Source: an uncultured virus (IMG/VR IMGVR_UViG_3300032085_001238) (lineage: Duplodnaviria > Heunggongvirae > Uroviricota > Caudoviricetes). Taken from it: a stretch of 64,000 nucleotides of DNA. The DNA is taken from the IMG/VR virus record IMGVR_UViG_3300032085_001238. The stretch is one strand, 5' to 3'. The translations under genes and the position numbers were made by a program. This document shows, piece after piece, positions 39,978-49,203 of the stretch (its first letter is position 1; each line of letters starts with the position of its first letter). Under the pieces are notes generated by a model, which was given only the letters and a program-made list of their open reading frames with translations, ran no database searches and had not been told where the DNA came from.

Positions 39978-40992
39978 CCTCTTCCTCCTCTATGAGTTGT
40001 GCTTCACTTAAACAACCTCTTGCGACTGCTGTATGAGCGTCTTCCACTAATGTGAATTTCTCTACTTCTATTGGAAACTCATCTTGATTAAATTGTTCAC
40101 TTACTACTTCCATAAAACCTTTAACCAATGATGTTCCACCACCGAATACAATCGGTATAGCATTTGGGAAGTTTGGAACACTTTCAGCATTATTGAACTG
40201 ATTTGTTAAATTTGTTAATAAGTAATTCACTAATGCTCCGTAATAACTTCTAATAGCATTAATGATATTATACTCATCACTTCCCTCATTATAAATATCA
40301 TTTATTGCACTTTTTGTTAAATCCAAGTTCTTAGAACTTTCTTTTATTGAAATCACTTTTGCTTTTGTAACACCACAATCGTTTGCTACACATTCATCTA
40401 TCCAATCTCCACCTCTTGCTACAGAAAAGGAGAGTGCACTCATCCCTTGATACATCACACATACATTACACATTCCAGCACCCATAGATATTGCAATCCC
40501 AGTTAAATCATTATCCACGAGTCCTTCGTAAGCGAGAGCAACACTCTCCTCTATAACTTTTACATCGTATCCATATGTTTCAATAATCTGTTTCAATACA
40601 TCTTCGTGATAAGAAACTTCTCTTGTTTGGTCTATTGGTTTGGCTGGTATACAATAAACACAAGTTTCTTTACCTTTTGACTTACCTAGCAATTCACCAA
40701 TAATTGCATTCAATACAGGTAGTGCATCTTTTTCTTTTGGATTTAATAATCCACTTGACATTGGTCGTTTTAATTCTGTTGTACTAAATATTTGTGCATA
40801 ATTAAAAGCGTGTTGTCCAACGATGTGAACTTTACCACCCTTTTCAACAAATGGTATTCTTTGTCTTTTTAACATTCGTTTAACTTGATTTGCATCTCCG
40901 TCAACAGTTAAGAATACATTTCTTTGTTTTTTTATACTATTTTCTGTGGCTGTTATATAATAACTTGTTCCACAATCTAAGCCTTTTGCCAT
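39952..40992 (-). CDS. Actin-like ATPase (MreB/FtsA/ParM superfamily)
   Basis: GLDCGTS (phosphate 1), ESVA (connect 1), SMGAG (phosphate 2), GGDWID, FGGGTS (adenosine). Confidence 0.85.
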   Translation of the reverse strand: MAKGLDCGTSYYITATENSIKKQRNVFLTVDGDANQVKRMLKRQRIPFVEKGGKVHIVGQHAFNYAQIFSTTELKRPMSSGLLNPKEKDALPVLNAIIGELLGKSKGKETCVYCIPAKPIDQTREVSYHEDVLKQIIETYGYDVKVIEESVALAYEGLVDNDLTGIAISMGAGMCNVCVMYQGMSALSFSVARGGDWIDECVANDCGVTKAKVISIKESSKNLDLTKSAINDIYNEGSDEYNIINAIRSYYGALVNYLLTNLTNQFNNAESVPNFPNAIPIVFGGGTSLVKGFMEVVSEQFNQDEFPIEVEKFTLVEDAHTAVARGCLSEAQLIEEEEGENQEESA

Positions 40993-40993
40993 A

Positions 40994-41305
40994 TTAACCT
41001 CTGAGTTTCTTTAGTTTATCTTTTTGGGTTTTAACCTTACCCTTAATTTTTTCGTCTAACTTTACACTAACTTCATCTGTTGTAGTGTCCATTATTCTAT
41101 TACTCTTTATATCTACTTCTATTGGCCCCATATTCTTTTTAACTTTTGTTTCTTCTATCGTTGAAGTTTTTATTACTTCTCCGATGTTTAAGTTGGGAGA
41201 CTTTTGAAACTTTAAGTTTTTTGAAACCCATATTAGTAAAACATAACAACCTACAACTACCTGCCATATAAATAGACTAATGAATATAAAATCAAACAAT
41301 TCCAC
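40994..41305 (-). CDS. N-terminally membrane-anchored protein
   Basis: N-terminal TM helix, basic C-terminal tail. Confidence 0.65.
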   Translation of the reverse strand: MELFDFIFISLFIWQVVVGCYVLLIWVSKNLKFQKSPNLNIGEVIKTSTIEETKVKKNMGPIEVDIKSNRIMDTTTDEVSVKLDEKIKGKVKTQKDKLKKLRG

Positions 41306-41913
41306 TATTTACCTTTTACAAAATCTCCAAGTGCTGGTATATTAACTACACCACCAATATCTGATAATCTTTTTGGTTTTACTGATTCATCTTTTTTGAT
41401 AGCTTTAGATATTGCATCTCTTCTCTTTTTCAAATATTCATCTGAATCATCTACATCACCATCATTATCAACATCTGAATCTTCTTTCCCTACAGCATCT
41501 AATTTTTCTTCCATTTCAGAATCTTCATCATCGTGTCCATAAACATGAGCTTCATCTATTTCATAGTAACGATTCAATACATGTCCCATATCTTCATACA
41601 ATGCAGTCAATCTTTGATTTAAAGCTTGTGCTTCTTTAGCAGTTTTTGTAAATTCTACAACACTACCTTTTAATGATTTCATATTTTTATTAATTGAAAC
41701 TTTATCAAACCAATCATCTTGTTCACCTAAAATGTGATGATGTGCAGATTCTGCAACTTCTGATAATTGTTTTGCAATTTCAACTATGTTGTTATTATTA
41801 TACAATTGTTTTCCAACAATACCAAAGTTCTTAACACCCTCAACAACTTTATATTTGTCAATTTGTGGTCTGTCTTCAAACGCTTCTGATAATATGTCTT
41901 TTAATTTTGCCAT
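41305..41913 (-). CDS. Putative internal head protein
   Basis: Start moved to [10 protein letters not shown] behind [19 protein letters not shown] acidic loop. Confidence 0.6.
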   Translation of the reverse strand: MAKLKDILSEAFEDRPQIDKYKVVEGVKNFGIVGKQLYNNNNIVEIAKQLSEVAESAHHHILGEQDDWFDKVSINKNMKSLKGSVVEFTKTAKEAQALNQRLTALYEDMGHVLNRYYEIDEAHVYGHDDEDSEMEEKLDAVGKEDSDVDNDGDVDDSDEYLKKRRDAISKAIKKDESVKPKRLSDIGGVVNIPALGDFVKGK

Positions 41914-41927
41914 TTTTATGTCTCCCA

Positions 41928-42215
41928 TTATTTCCAAAATATTATTTTAGCTATTATACCCAACACTAAAGTGTAAATACCCCATAGTGCAGTGGTTACA
42001 TTTTGTTTAAAATTCTTTAATTCTGTTATATCTTGTATATCGATTTGTTTTCTCCAAAAGGTATTTTTATTTACTCTAACAATAATACCATCTTCCGGGT
42101 CTAATAATACTTCTTTAATTTCTGTTACAGTTTGATGAATTTGTTCTAATTCACCATTCATTAGTTTTGTTTCAACACATTCTAACTTTTCTATAATATC
42201 TTTATTAGTAGCCAT
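41928..42215 (-). CDS. Small protein with C-terminal TM helix
   Basis: Coiled coil plus [19 protein letters not shown]. Confidence 0.6.
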   Translation of the reverse strand: MATNKDIIEKLECVETKLMNGELEQIHQTVTEIKEVLLDPEDGIIVRVNKNTFWRKQIDIQDITELKNFKQNVTTALWGIYTLVLGIIAKIIFWK

Positions 42216-42817
42216 TATCTTTTACTCGCTGTTCTGTTTTTCATTGCTTTTGTACCACCAAAGTATTTTCTAAATCTATCTACTATCTTATCTTTAGTTA
42301 AAACACTTTGTAAAAATTCTACTTCATATGGATAAGCCCTTGACATATCACCATGTTGAAATCCTCTGACTAAATCAAAGAAATCAATCACACCATTTTT
42401 TGCCTTTGTCATCCAATCCTTTACCACTTTACCTTGTAGTTTTCTTAATTCTTTTGAATATTTCCTTAAAGCATCATCAACAACCATCTTTGCTTCTTTT
42501 GATGAAAATGGTGGAGGTGATGATACACCACCAAATGATTCACTTAAATCACTATTTAATAAATAATCTCTTGACTTGTTTAAATAATTAGAAGCCAATG
42601 TGATTTTATCTGTCCACCACGCTGGTAAAGAATCCTCTTTATCCATAGATTCTAATTTCTTCAATAATTCTTCAGAGTCTTCAATTGATAATTTTAACTT
42701 TCTAATAGCAGATGGAACATCAGTATGTCCGTCTTCATTGACTTTAAAAGGTTTTCTGTCTTTATCAGTATAAACCCTACCTAATTCAATATCTTTTAGT
42801 AAGTCTTGAAGTTTCAT
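42215..42817 (-). CDS. Putative internal head protein
   Basis: MKLQDLLKD; LPAWWTDKITLASNYL module. Confidence 0.6.
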   Translation of the reverse strand: MKLQDLLKDIELGRVYTDKDRKPFKVNEDGHTDVPSAIRKLKLSIEDSEELLKKLESMDKEDSLPAWWTDKITLASNYLNKSRDYLLNSDLSESFGGVSSPPPFSSKEAKMVVDDALRKYSKELRKLQGKVVKDWMTKAKNGVIDFFDLVRGFQHGDMSRAYPYEVEFLQSVLTKDKIVDRFRKYFGGTKAMKNRTASKR

Positions 42818-43089
42818 CTATCTATTCCAATATATTTTGCTTTGTTTTTATTTAAAAATCTTTCTAAATCTTTTGTTCCTTTTGGATAATAATCATTTCT
42901 ATCACCAATTAAATGAAACTCATTAAATCCATTATCATAAAGTTTAAATTTTTCATTCTTTATTTGAACTACAATTCTTTCTCTTTCATTCCTTTTTGGT
43001 ATAGATGATACCTCACCACCTGGCATATTCAAATACTTACCTTTCATTTTAAACTTTCCTTCTGATAATAAGTCTTTTAATTTAATCAT
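42814..43089 (-). CDS. Putative internal head protein
   Basis: MIKLKDLLSE N-terminus. Confidence 0.6.
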   Translation of the reverse strand: MIKLKDLLSEGKFKMKGKYLNMPGGEVSSIPKRNERERIVVQIKNEKFKLYDNGFNEFHLIGDRNDYYPKGTKDLERFLNKNKAKYIGIDR

Positions 43090-43369
43090 TTTTCATAGCC
43101 GTTTTAATCTTTTGTATATCAGCCATAAGTTGTTGTGGTGTCATACCAGCAGCATCAATTACTTTATACAATATAGCAGCTCTTTTCATTCTATTCAAGT
43201 TTGCACCTTTCATAGATTGAACAAATTTATCTAAGAATCTATTTACAACTGATGGTAATTTGATTTTATCAAAATTAATTTCATTAAGGTTTTCTTCCTT
43301 AATCATACCAGTTTCTTTACGAATCTCTTGATTTTGTTTTTTAATTAAATCTTTCATATTAATCATCAT
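43082..43369 (-). CDS. Hypothetical protein
   Basis: MINMKDLIKK; AGGAG RBS. Confidence 0.65.
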   Translation of the reverse strand: MMINMKDLIKKQNQEIRKETGMIKEENLNEINFDKIKLPSVVNRFLDKFVQSMKGANLNRMKRAAILYKVIDAAGMTPQQLMADIQKIKTAMKND

Positions 43370-43375
43370 ATACTC

Positions 43376-44305
43376 CTATTTTACAACTGCCCATAATGTG
43401 TTCATTAATTGCGTTGGACTTTTATATCCTATATCTGATAATATTTTTTTCATTTTAGGATTTACTTTTTTAAATACTTTTGTTAATAGATTAGCTGTTT
43501 GCATATCTACTGTTACTAATCCTTTTTTAGTGTTGTAACCATATGCTTGTTTATCTTTCATAACTCTAGCAGCAACATCAAATATTGTTTCTTTTGCTTC
43601 TGTAAGTTTTCCTTCAAGTTTAATTGCTTTAGCTTCTGGACTATTATATTTACCACTCTTTTTTAATTTTTTCACTAACATTTTAGCAGCTCTTTCGTTT
43701 TTAACTACTTTAATAGTTTCACGGCCACCATCTGTCACTACCCACATACCTTGTTTAGCCATTCTTTGAACTGCAGCTGATTGTTTTTCTTTGAGTTTCT
43801 TTTTAATCAAATGAGGACCTGCTGGTTCTTCACCTAATTCACCATTCTCACCATATCCACAAGTTCCTTCACCCAATATATCTTTAGCTTTATCTGATAA
43901 ATATTTTATATCTGCACTTGCTATTTGTTTTAAAACTTTCTTATCTGTTTTTTTCAATAATGTCACAATCTGTTGAACAAGTGGATTGTTATCAGGTAAA
44001 GTTCCTTTCATATCCTTAAATGCTCTTTTTAATTGTTTGATGTGTGATGAACTAAATGGTATTCTTACTTCATTCATGTTAGCCAACTCTTCACGAACCA
44101 TTTTCTTAATCAAGTTTCTAACTTTCATTTCTCTTTTCACCTTGTTTGGTAATCCTTTGTGTTTTGTTTTTGCATATTTATCAACATCTTTTTTCTTCAT
44201 TGACTTAGCAACTTTTCCAGCTTCACCCTCTTTAGGTTTATCACCTTTTTGCATTGACTTTACAACACCAAAAAATCTTTGTTGAGCTTTTGATGATGCT
44301 GGCAT
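43376..44305 (-). CDS. Modular basic putative head protein
   Basis: MPASSKAQQRFFG...TKHKGLP module; EGKLTE linker. Confidence 0.65.
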   Translation of the reverse strand: MPASSKAQQRFFGVVKSMQKGDKPKEGEAGKVAKSMKKKDVDKYAKTKHKGLPNKVKREMKVRNLIKKMVREELANMNEVRIPFSSSHIKQLKRAFKDMKGTLPDNNPLVQQIVTLLKKTDKKVLKQIASADIKYLSDKAKDILGEGTCGYGENGELGEEPAGPHLIKKKLKEKQSAAVQRMAKQGMWVVTDGGRETIKVVKNERAAKMLVKKLKKSGKYNSPEAKAIKLEGKLTEAKETIFDVAARVMKDKQAYGYNTKKGLVTVDMQTANLLTKVFKKVNPKMKKILSDIGYKSPTQLMNTLWAVVK

Positions 44306-44622
44306 TACATTAACTTTCTAAAATTCTTTTTATATTTTTTTGTGAAATCAACTATATTCTTTTTATAATTATCTAAAAAGTCAGCAGCTTCATCATTTAA
44401 TCCTTTTTTTCTTAAACTATCATATAAATCCAAATAAGACTTTTGTAATCCTTTTAAAGACTTATCTATATTTTTAGCGTGTTTTTTATATTCGAAAGCA
44501 GGGCCTTCATTTATATTAAACTCATCTTTGATAGATTCCAATACTTTATTCTGTTTAGGTTTGGATTCTTTTTTCTTCTTATCATTATATCCCATTAAAG
44601 ATTTATAATCCATTTTACTCAC
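44305..44622 (-). CDS. Hypothetical protein
   Basis: 105-aa ORF in the head operon. Confidence 0.65.
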   Translation of the reverse strand: MSKMDYKSLMGYNDKKKKESKPKQNKVLESIKDEFNINEGPAFEYKKHAKNIDKSLKGLQKSYLDLYDSLRKKGLNDEAADFLDNYKKNIVDFTKKYKKNFRKLM

Positions 44623-45238
44623 CCCTAAATATATCGTTAATTATATTTTCAATTTTACAATCGTGACAACACACACCATCTCTTGTTCCAACACCTTCGT
44701 GTAATTTACCTTCATTTGTTGGTGATAGAAATGCTCCGTGTGTAGATGGATTTGATACGAAATCAAATGCAATAAGTTCAAAGTCTGGTTGAACCTCTAC
44801 TGAATCATCTTCATTCATTTCTTTTACTGAACCTAATCCTCTCGATGATATACCTAATTTAATACCACTTTTAAATAATTCTTTTAAGATGTTTCCAGCT
44901 GGTGTACCAAGTACTTCAACTGTTCCCATTAAATCATTGTCTTTCCAATGCATTTCTAATATATTATGAGAAACATTGTTTAGATTCACCACAGACGAGT
45001 CAGGATGGTCAAGTTCACCTAATGCTCTTCGTTCTTTAATTTGAATTTTTGAATATTTTTCGGCTTCTCGCATTAAAGTTTCTCGTGGATATACTCTTCC
45101 ATTTTGATTCTTTGCTTCTGCTCTTTGTAATACACCTTTAACAACCAATCTTCCATCATTGTTTTTCATTGACTCATTGATTTGTTGAGGGGAAACCTCA
45201 AATGGTATATAATCTACTATTACTTGTTTTGACATCAT
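44615..45238 (-). CDS. Prohead protease (gp21-like)
   Basis: NQNGRVYP, ALGELDHP, GISSRGLGS, DFVSNPS. Confidence 0.96.
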   Translation of the reverse strand: MMSKQVIVDYIPFEVSPQQINESMKNNDGRLVVKGVLQRAEAKNQNGRVYPRETLMREAEKYSKIQIKERRALGELDHPDSSVVNLNNVSHNILEMHWKDNDLMGTVEVLGTPAGNILKELFKSGIKLGISSRGLGSVKEMNEDDSVEVQPDFELIAFDFVSNPSTHGAFLSPTNEGKLHEGVGTRDGVCCHDCKIENIINDIFRGE

Positions 45239-45244
45239 TGTCTC

Positions 45245-45712
45245 CTATCCTATTACAAATTCTGCAGTTCCTGTTATCTCACCTGCTATTACTTGCCAAT
45301 TGTCACCATCATACATTAAAGTTACACTTCTTCCAGGAAGATTTGATGTTAAGGTATTACCAGCTGCAAAATTAGCTGGTGTGATAACTAAATCATTACC
45401 GCCAAGTCTTGTACTATGTACTATTCTTTTTACTTGTCCTAAAATTCCATTAGCAAGTGATACATGTGTTCTAGAACCAGCAGAAACACACAATGATGTT
45501 GTAGTCTTTAAAGATAAAGGTACAGCATTATCTGCACCATTACCTCCTAAAACTGGTCCCTCCAAATCTTCACCTGGTGAACCACTGGCGTTTTGTGAAT
45601 CAGAAATTCCAGGGTCTAACGCAAATCCCAAAGCCTTTTTCTGTTTTGGTGTTAAACCAGTTCCATAGTCTGATGTTAATATTTGCTTTTTACCTTGAAA
45701 TAAAACTCCCAT
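45245..45712 (-). CDS. Structural protein, paralog A
   Basis: Shares KQILTS.YGTGLT.KQK and NWQV.AGEITGTAE with the upstream gene. Confidence 0.65.
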   Translation of the reverse strand: MGVLFQGKKQILTSDYGTGLTPKQKKALGFALDPGISDSQNASGSPGEDLEGPVLGGNGADNAVPLSLKTTTSLCVSAGSRTHVSLANGILGQVKRIVHSTRLGGNDLVITPANFAAGNTLTSNLPGRSVTLMYDGDNWQVIAGEITGTAEFVIG

Positions 45713-46164
45713 TATGCTATCACCATTTCTGCTGTTCCTGTTATCTCACCAGCAACTACTTGCCAATTTAAACCATCAAATAATAATTGAACAGCTCTAG
45801 CAGCTGCATTTGAAGTTAAGGTATCACCAGCAGCAAAAATACTATCACCACCAATTCCATCCTCAGGTGTGATAACTAATGCATTACCACCCAGTATTGA
45901 TTTATGTATAATTACTTTTAATTGTCCTTCAACACCCTTACCTAATGTTACATGTGTTGCACTAGCTTTTGTTGATACTAAAGACACTGTGGTTGTTGAT
46001 GATAAAACTGTTGCATTACTTGTACCATTACCAGCGATTACAGTTTCAGTACTATAAACAGTCGGTTTTAATACCCAAGCTCTACTGAGTTTTTGTTTAC
46101 TAGTTAAACCTGTACCATAACCTGATGTTAGAATCTGTTTATCACCATCTATTATTTTTGGCAT
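45712..46164 (-). CDS. Structural protein, paralog B
   Basis: Tandem paralog of 45245..45712. Confidence 0.65.
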   Translation of the reverse strand: MPKIIDGDKQILTSGYGTGLTSKQKLSRAWVLKPTVYSTETVIAGNGTSNATVLSSTTTVSLVSTKASATHVTLGKGVEGQLKVIIHKSILGGNALVITPEDGIGGDSIFAAGDTLTSNAAARAVQLLFDGLNWQVVAGEITGTAEMVIA

Positions 46165-46174
46165 TTATAAACTC

Positions 46175-46480
46175 CTATTTCCAAGCATTTCGTTTCAACC
46201 ATATATCTCTTAATATATCGCCAACAACATTTCTAATTAATTTTGTTATTTGTTTTAAATCTTTATCATCAATAGCTTCTTTTACAAATGTAAAACCAGT
46301 GCTCTTTTTAAATCTTTTTTTCTTTTTCTTTTCATCTTCTTTTGAACTAAAAGCAAATGGAGTTGAATATCCTGCAACATTACCAGTGGTGGTTATTTCT
46401 TCTAAACTTTCTTCGTCTAAAAGTTCAAGTGTTAGTTTTTTAACTAACTCTTTAAATAACTTTCTGTTTTTTATTTCCAC
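46175..46480 (-). CDS. Hypothetical head-region protein
   Basis: LEEITTTGNVAGYSTPFAF motif. Confidence 0.65.
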   Translation of the reverse strand: MEIKNRKLFKELVKKLTLELLDEESLEEITTTGNVAGYSTPFAFSSKEDEKKKKKRFKKSTGFTFVKEAIDDKDLKQITKLIRNVVGDILRDIWLKRNAWK

Positions 46481-47327
46481 TTTTTTTCACTTCCTTTACA
46501 AGTTCTAAATATCTCATTGTTTGAATAACATACTCATCTTTAACAACATCTGATTTATCATCAATACCACAGAATTTGTTAATGGATTTTATAGCTTCAC
46601 TCATTTTGATTTTTACAACTTTATCTTGTAAGTTTTTAGAATGTGTTTGTAAATCTTTCTTTAAACCTTTTACAATCTCTCTTAAAGTATCTTTTAATGA
46701 ATTAGTATTAGATACATTGTTAATATACTCACGAAGTAGATTCTTTTGAGCTGAACTTAATTTTGTATATTTTTGATTAAATTTTTCTAAAAGGGTTCTA
46801 TAAGTTAATATTCTTAAATCTTCATCATCTGGTAAAGTAGTAACAGTTTCTGATAACTTAATAGATTTGTCAGTTGTTGTCACATGTTCCACAATATTAA
46901 AATGTGATTCTGTTTTTTGGTCAGGTGACAAAGATTTGTTATATTCAAATAATGTAAAAATAGATGCGTAAGTTTTATAATGTGGAACTTTAGAAGACAT
47001 AAATTTCTGTAGATTATAATTAGATTGAATCTCTTTAATTAAATTATATCTCTCTCTTCTAAGTGTAGAATTATTTAAATCTTTTCTGGCTTTCATAACT
47101 TCATTAATGAAGTAATCAGCCTTTGTATCAGACTTAAATTTCTTTGTTATTAATATATTGTATAGAGCTAGTTCTTTACCCAACTCCGTGTTTTCGTTAA
47201 ACTTTTCTTTAACGATTTTTACCGCTAGCCCATTGTCTTTATTTAGCACATCAGATGTAATCTGCCTTAGCAAAAATTCAAACAATAAACCTGTGTTGCG
47301 GATTTTATTGTGTTTAACTTTACGCAT
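46452..47327 (-). CDS. Helical protein downstream of the portal gene
   Basis: KHNKIRNTGLLFEFLLRQITSD; own late motif. Confidence 0.7.
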   Translation of the reverse strand: MRKVKHNKIRNTGLLFEFLLRQITSDVLNKDNGLAVKIVKEKFNENTELGKELALYNILITKKFKSDTKADYFINEVMKARKDLNNSTLRRERYNLIKEIQSNYNLQKFMSSKVPHYKTYASIFTLFEYNKSLSPDQKTESHFNIVEHVTTTDKSIKLSETVTTLPDDEDLRILTYRTLLEKFNQKYTKLSSAQKNLLREYINNVSNTNSLKDTLREIVKGLKKDLQTHSKNLQDKVVKIKMSEAIKSINKFCGIDDKSDVVKDEYVIQTMRYLELVKEVKKSGNKKQKVI

Positions 47328-47408
47328 TGTCGAGTCCCCATTTTGTTTGGATACTATATATGTAATTATTCATATATAAATATAATGTTTTTTGTAAATA
47401 CATTGATT

Positions 47409-49193
47409 TTATTCCTCTTCATCTAAAATAATTTCTTCATTTAACATAGATTTATCTAAATCTTTACCAAACTTATCTTTAAGTGAATTTAATAAACCTT
47501 CTCTTGCAACAATCGTTCCACCTTTTGATGTAGCCAATGGAGAACCACCTTTAAACTCTCGTTTTCCATATCGTTCTGTTTTGTGTTTTGTTGCATCTTT
47601 TATATCTTTGGCTGAGTATTCATTACCAAATTCTTTCTTACCAGTTCCACTTCGTCTATCCCCACCATGTTCACCACTCTGTTCTTCCATATCATCAGTT
47701 GGTTCTGTTCCTTCATCGGCTGGGTCTGTTCCCTCAGTTTCAATTTGTTCCATTCTAAATTGTTGTTTTCTATCTTCAATCACACCATTGAATACATCAA
47801 CTTTTTCTTCATCATTTAACTCAAAAATATTATCATATATCCATTGCCTTGAAAATAATTTGTTTTCAATCAAGTCATTAGCAATATCTTTTTTCTGTGT
47901 TAATAATTCTAATTTCTCTTGTTGATGTATCATTGATGGATTTGTTAACTCTAATTCAAAATTAATCAACTCAGCATCATCAAACCCTTGTGTGTATAAG
48001 TGAACAATAGCAATCTTTTCTAATTCAGCTACAATAATTTTTTGTAGTCTTTCAATTGTTCTTGCGAATCTAACATCTTCAGCTGCTAATGTAGCTTTTG
48101 AACCTACATTCTCATCATATCCCAAAAATGCTTTAGGAACTTTAAGAGCTGCCATCATTTTATTTTTTAAATACTCTACATCTTCAATTGCACCATCATT
48201 ACCCAAACCTGGTAAAGTATCAATTTGAGTTCCACTATCACCACCACGAACAGGTAAGTAATAATCTTCTGTTACGGATTCCATATTGTATTTTAAATTA
48301 TATTCACCATTTGCATTCATCACAGGTGTCTTTTTCATTTTACCAATAATTTGTTGCATAAAGTTATCTACTTCATTTGGAGGTATATTACCAATGTCAA
48401 CTTTGAATACTCTTTTCTCTGGTGCTCTCATCATACGATGAATCAACATAGCGTCTTCCATAAGAGTTAATTGTTTAAATACTCTTCTTGCACCTTCTAA
48501 CATTGATTTACCATAAGGTAAGTAATTTGTATCTGCAAGATTTCTGAAATGAGCAACTTCATAATTTTCGTGAACATCATTTGGTTTTGAACTTCTTGTT
48601 GATTCTGAATATTGTTGAATTTCAAATTGAACTAATTTAGGATTACTTGGGTCATGTCCCTCTAATCTATTTACTTCATATACTGAAAGAGGTTTTACAT
48701 TAACAACTCCGTGTTTATCCAATATATCTAAATGTAAGTAGAAATCACCATATTTAACCATATTTCTAATATAACTCCATAGATTAAATTCAATGTTTAT
48801 TATGTCATAAAATAAGTTATGTAAAATTTTATGGACTTTTGGATTATTAGTTTTAATTTTCATTATTCTGTTTTCAATATTATCAACCGTAGATTCATCA
48901 CAATAAATATCCAATGCTGATGATATGATTGGGTCTGCATCCATTAATTCATAATCTCTAAATAATTCTTTTCTAGCTACATCATACGCACTTGCATTTT
49001 GTTTGGCTTGATATGCTGAATTACCATATCCACTTGAATTAATTCTATTATATCTATCAATAAAATTAGATGTTAGTGCAGTTTGAGAAAACTCGACATC
49101 CTTGACTTTTACTTGCCCGTCATTTGTTTTTCTAACTACAATTTGATTTTGAAATAATTTTCCTAATTTCTGTAATATATTTTCGTCTGCCAT
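47409..49193 (-). CDS. Portal protein (gp20-like)
   Basis: LMEDAMLIHRMMRAPEKRVFKVDIGNIP, EDYYLPVRG, IDTLPG. Confidence 0.96.
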   Translation of the reverse strand: MADENILQKLGKLFQNQIVVRKTNDGQVKVKDVEFSQTALTSNFIDRYNRINSSGYGNSAYQAKQNASAYDVARKELFRDYELMDADPIISSALDIYCDESTVDNIENRIMKIKTNNPKVHKILHNLFYDIINIEFNLWSYIRNMVKYGDFYLHLDILDKHGVVNVKPLSVYEVNRLEGHDPSNPKLVQFEIQQYSESTRSSKPNDVHENYEVAHFRNLADTNYLPYGKSMLEGARRVFKQLTLMEDAMLIHRMMRAPEKRVFKVDIGNIPPNEVDNFMQQIIGKMKKTPVMNANGEYNLKYNMESVTEDYYLPVRGGDSGTQIDTLPGLGNDGAIEDVEYLKNKMMAALKVPKAFLGYDENVGSKATLAAEDVRFARTIERLQKIIVAELEKIAIVHLYTQGFDDAELINFELELTNPSMIHQQEKLELLTQKKDIANDLIENKLFSRQWIYDNIFELNDEEKVDVFNGVIEDRKQQFRMEQIETEGTDPADEGTEPTDDMEEQSGEHGGDRRSGTGKKEFGNEYSAKDIKDATKHKTERYGKREFKGGSPLATSKGGTIVAREGLLNSLKDKFGKDLDKSMLNEEIILDEEE

Positions 49194-49203
49194 TTTTTAC
49201 CTC

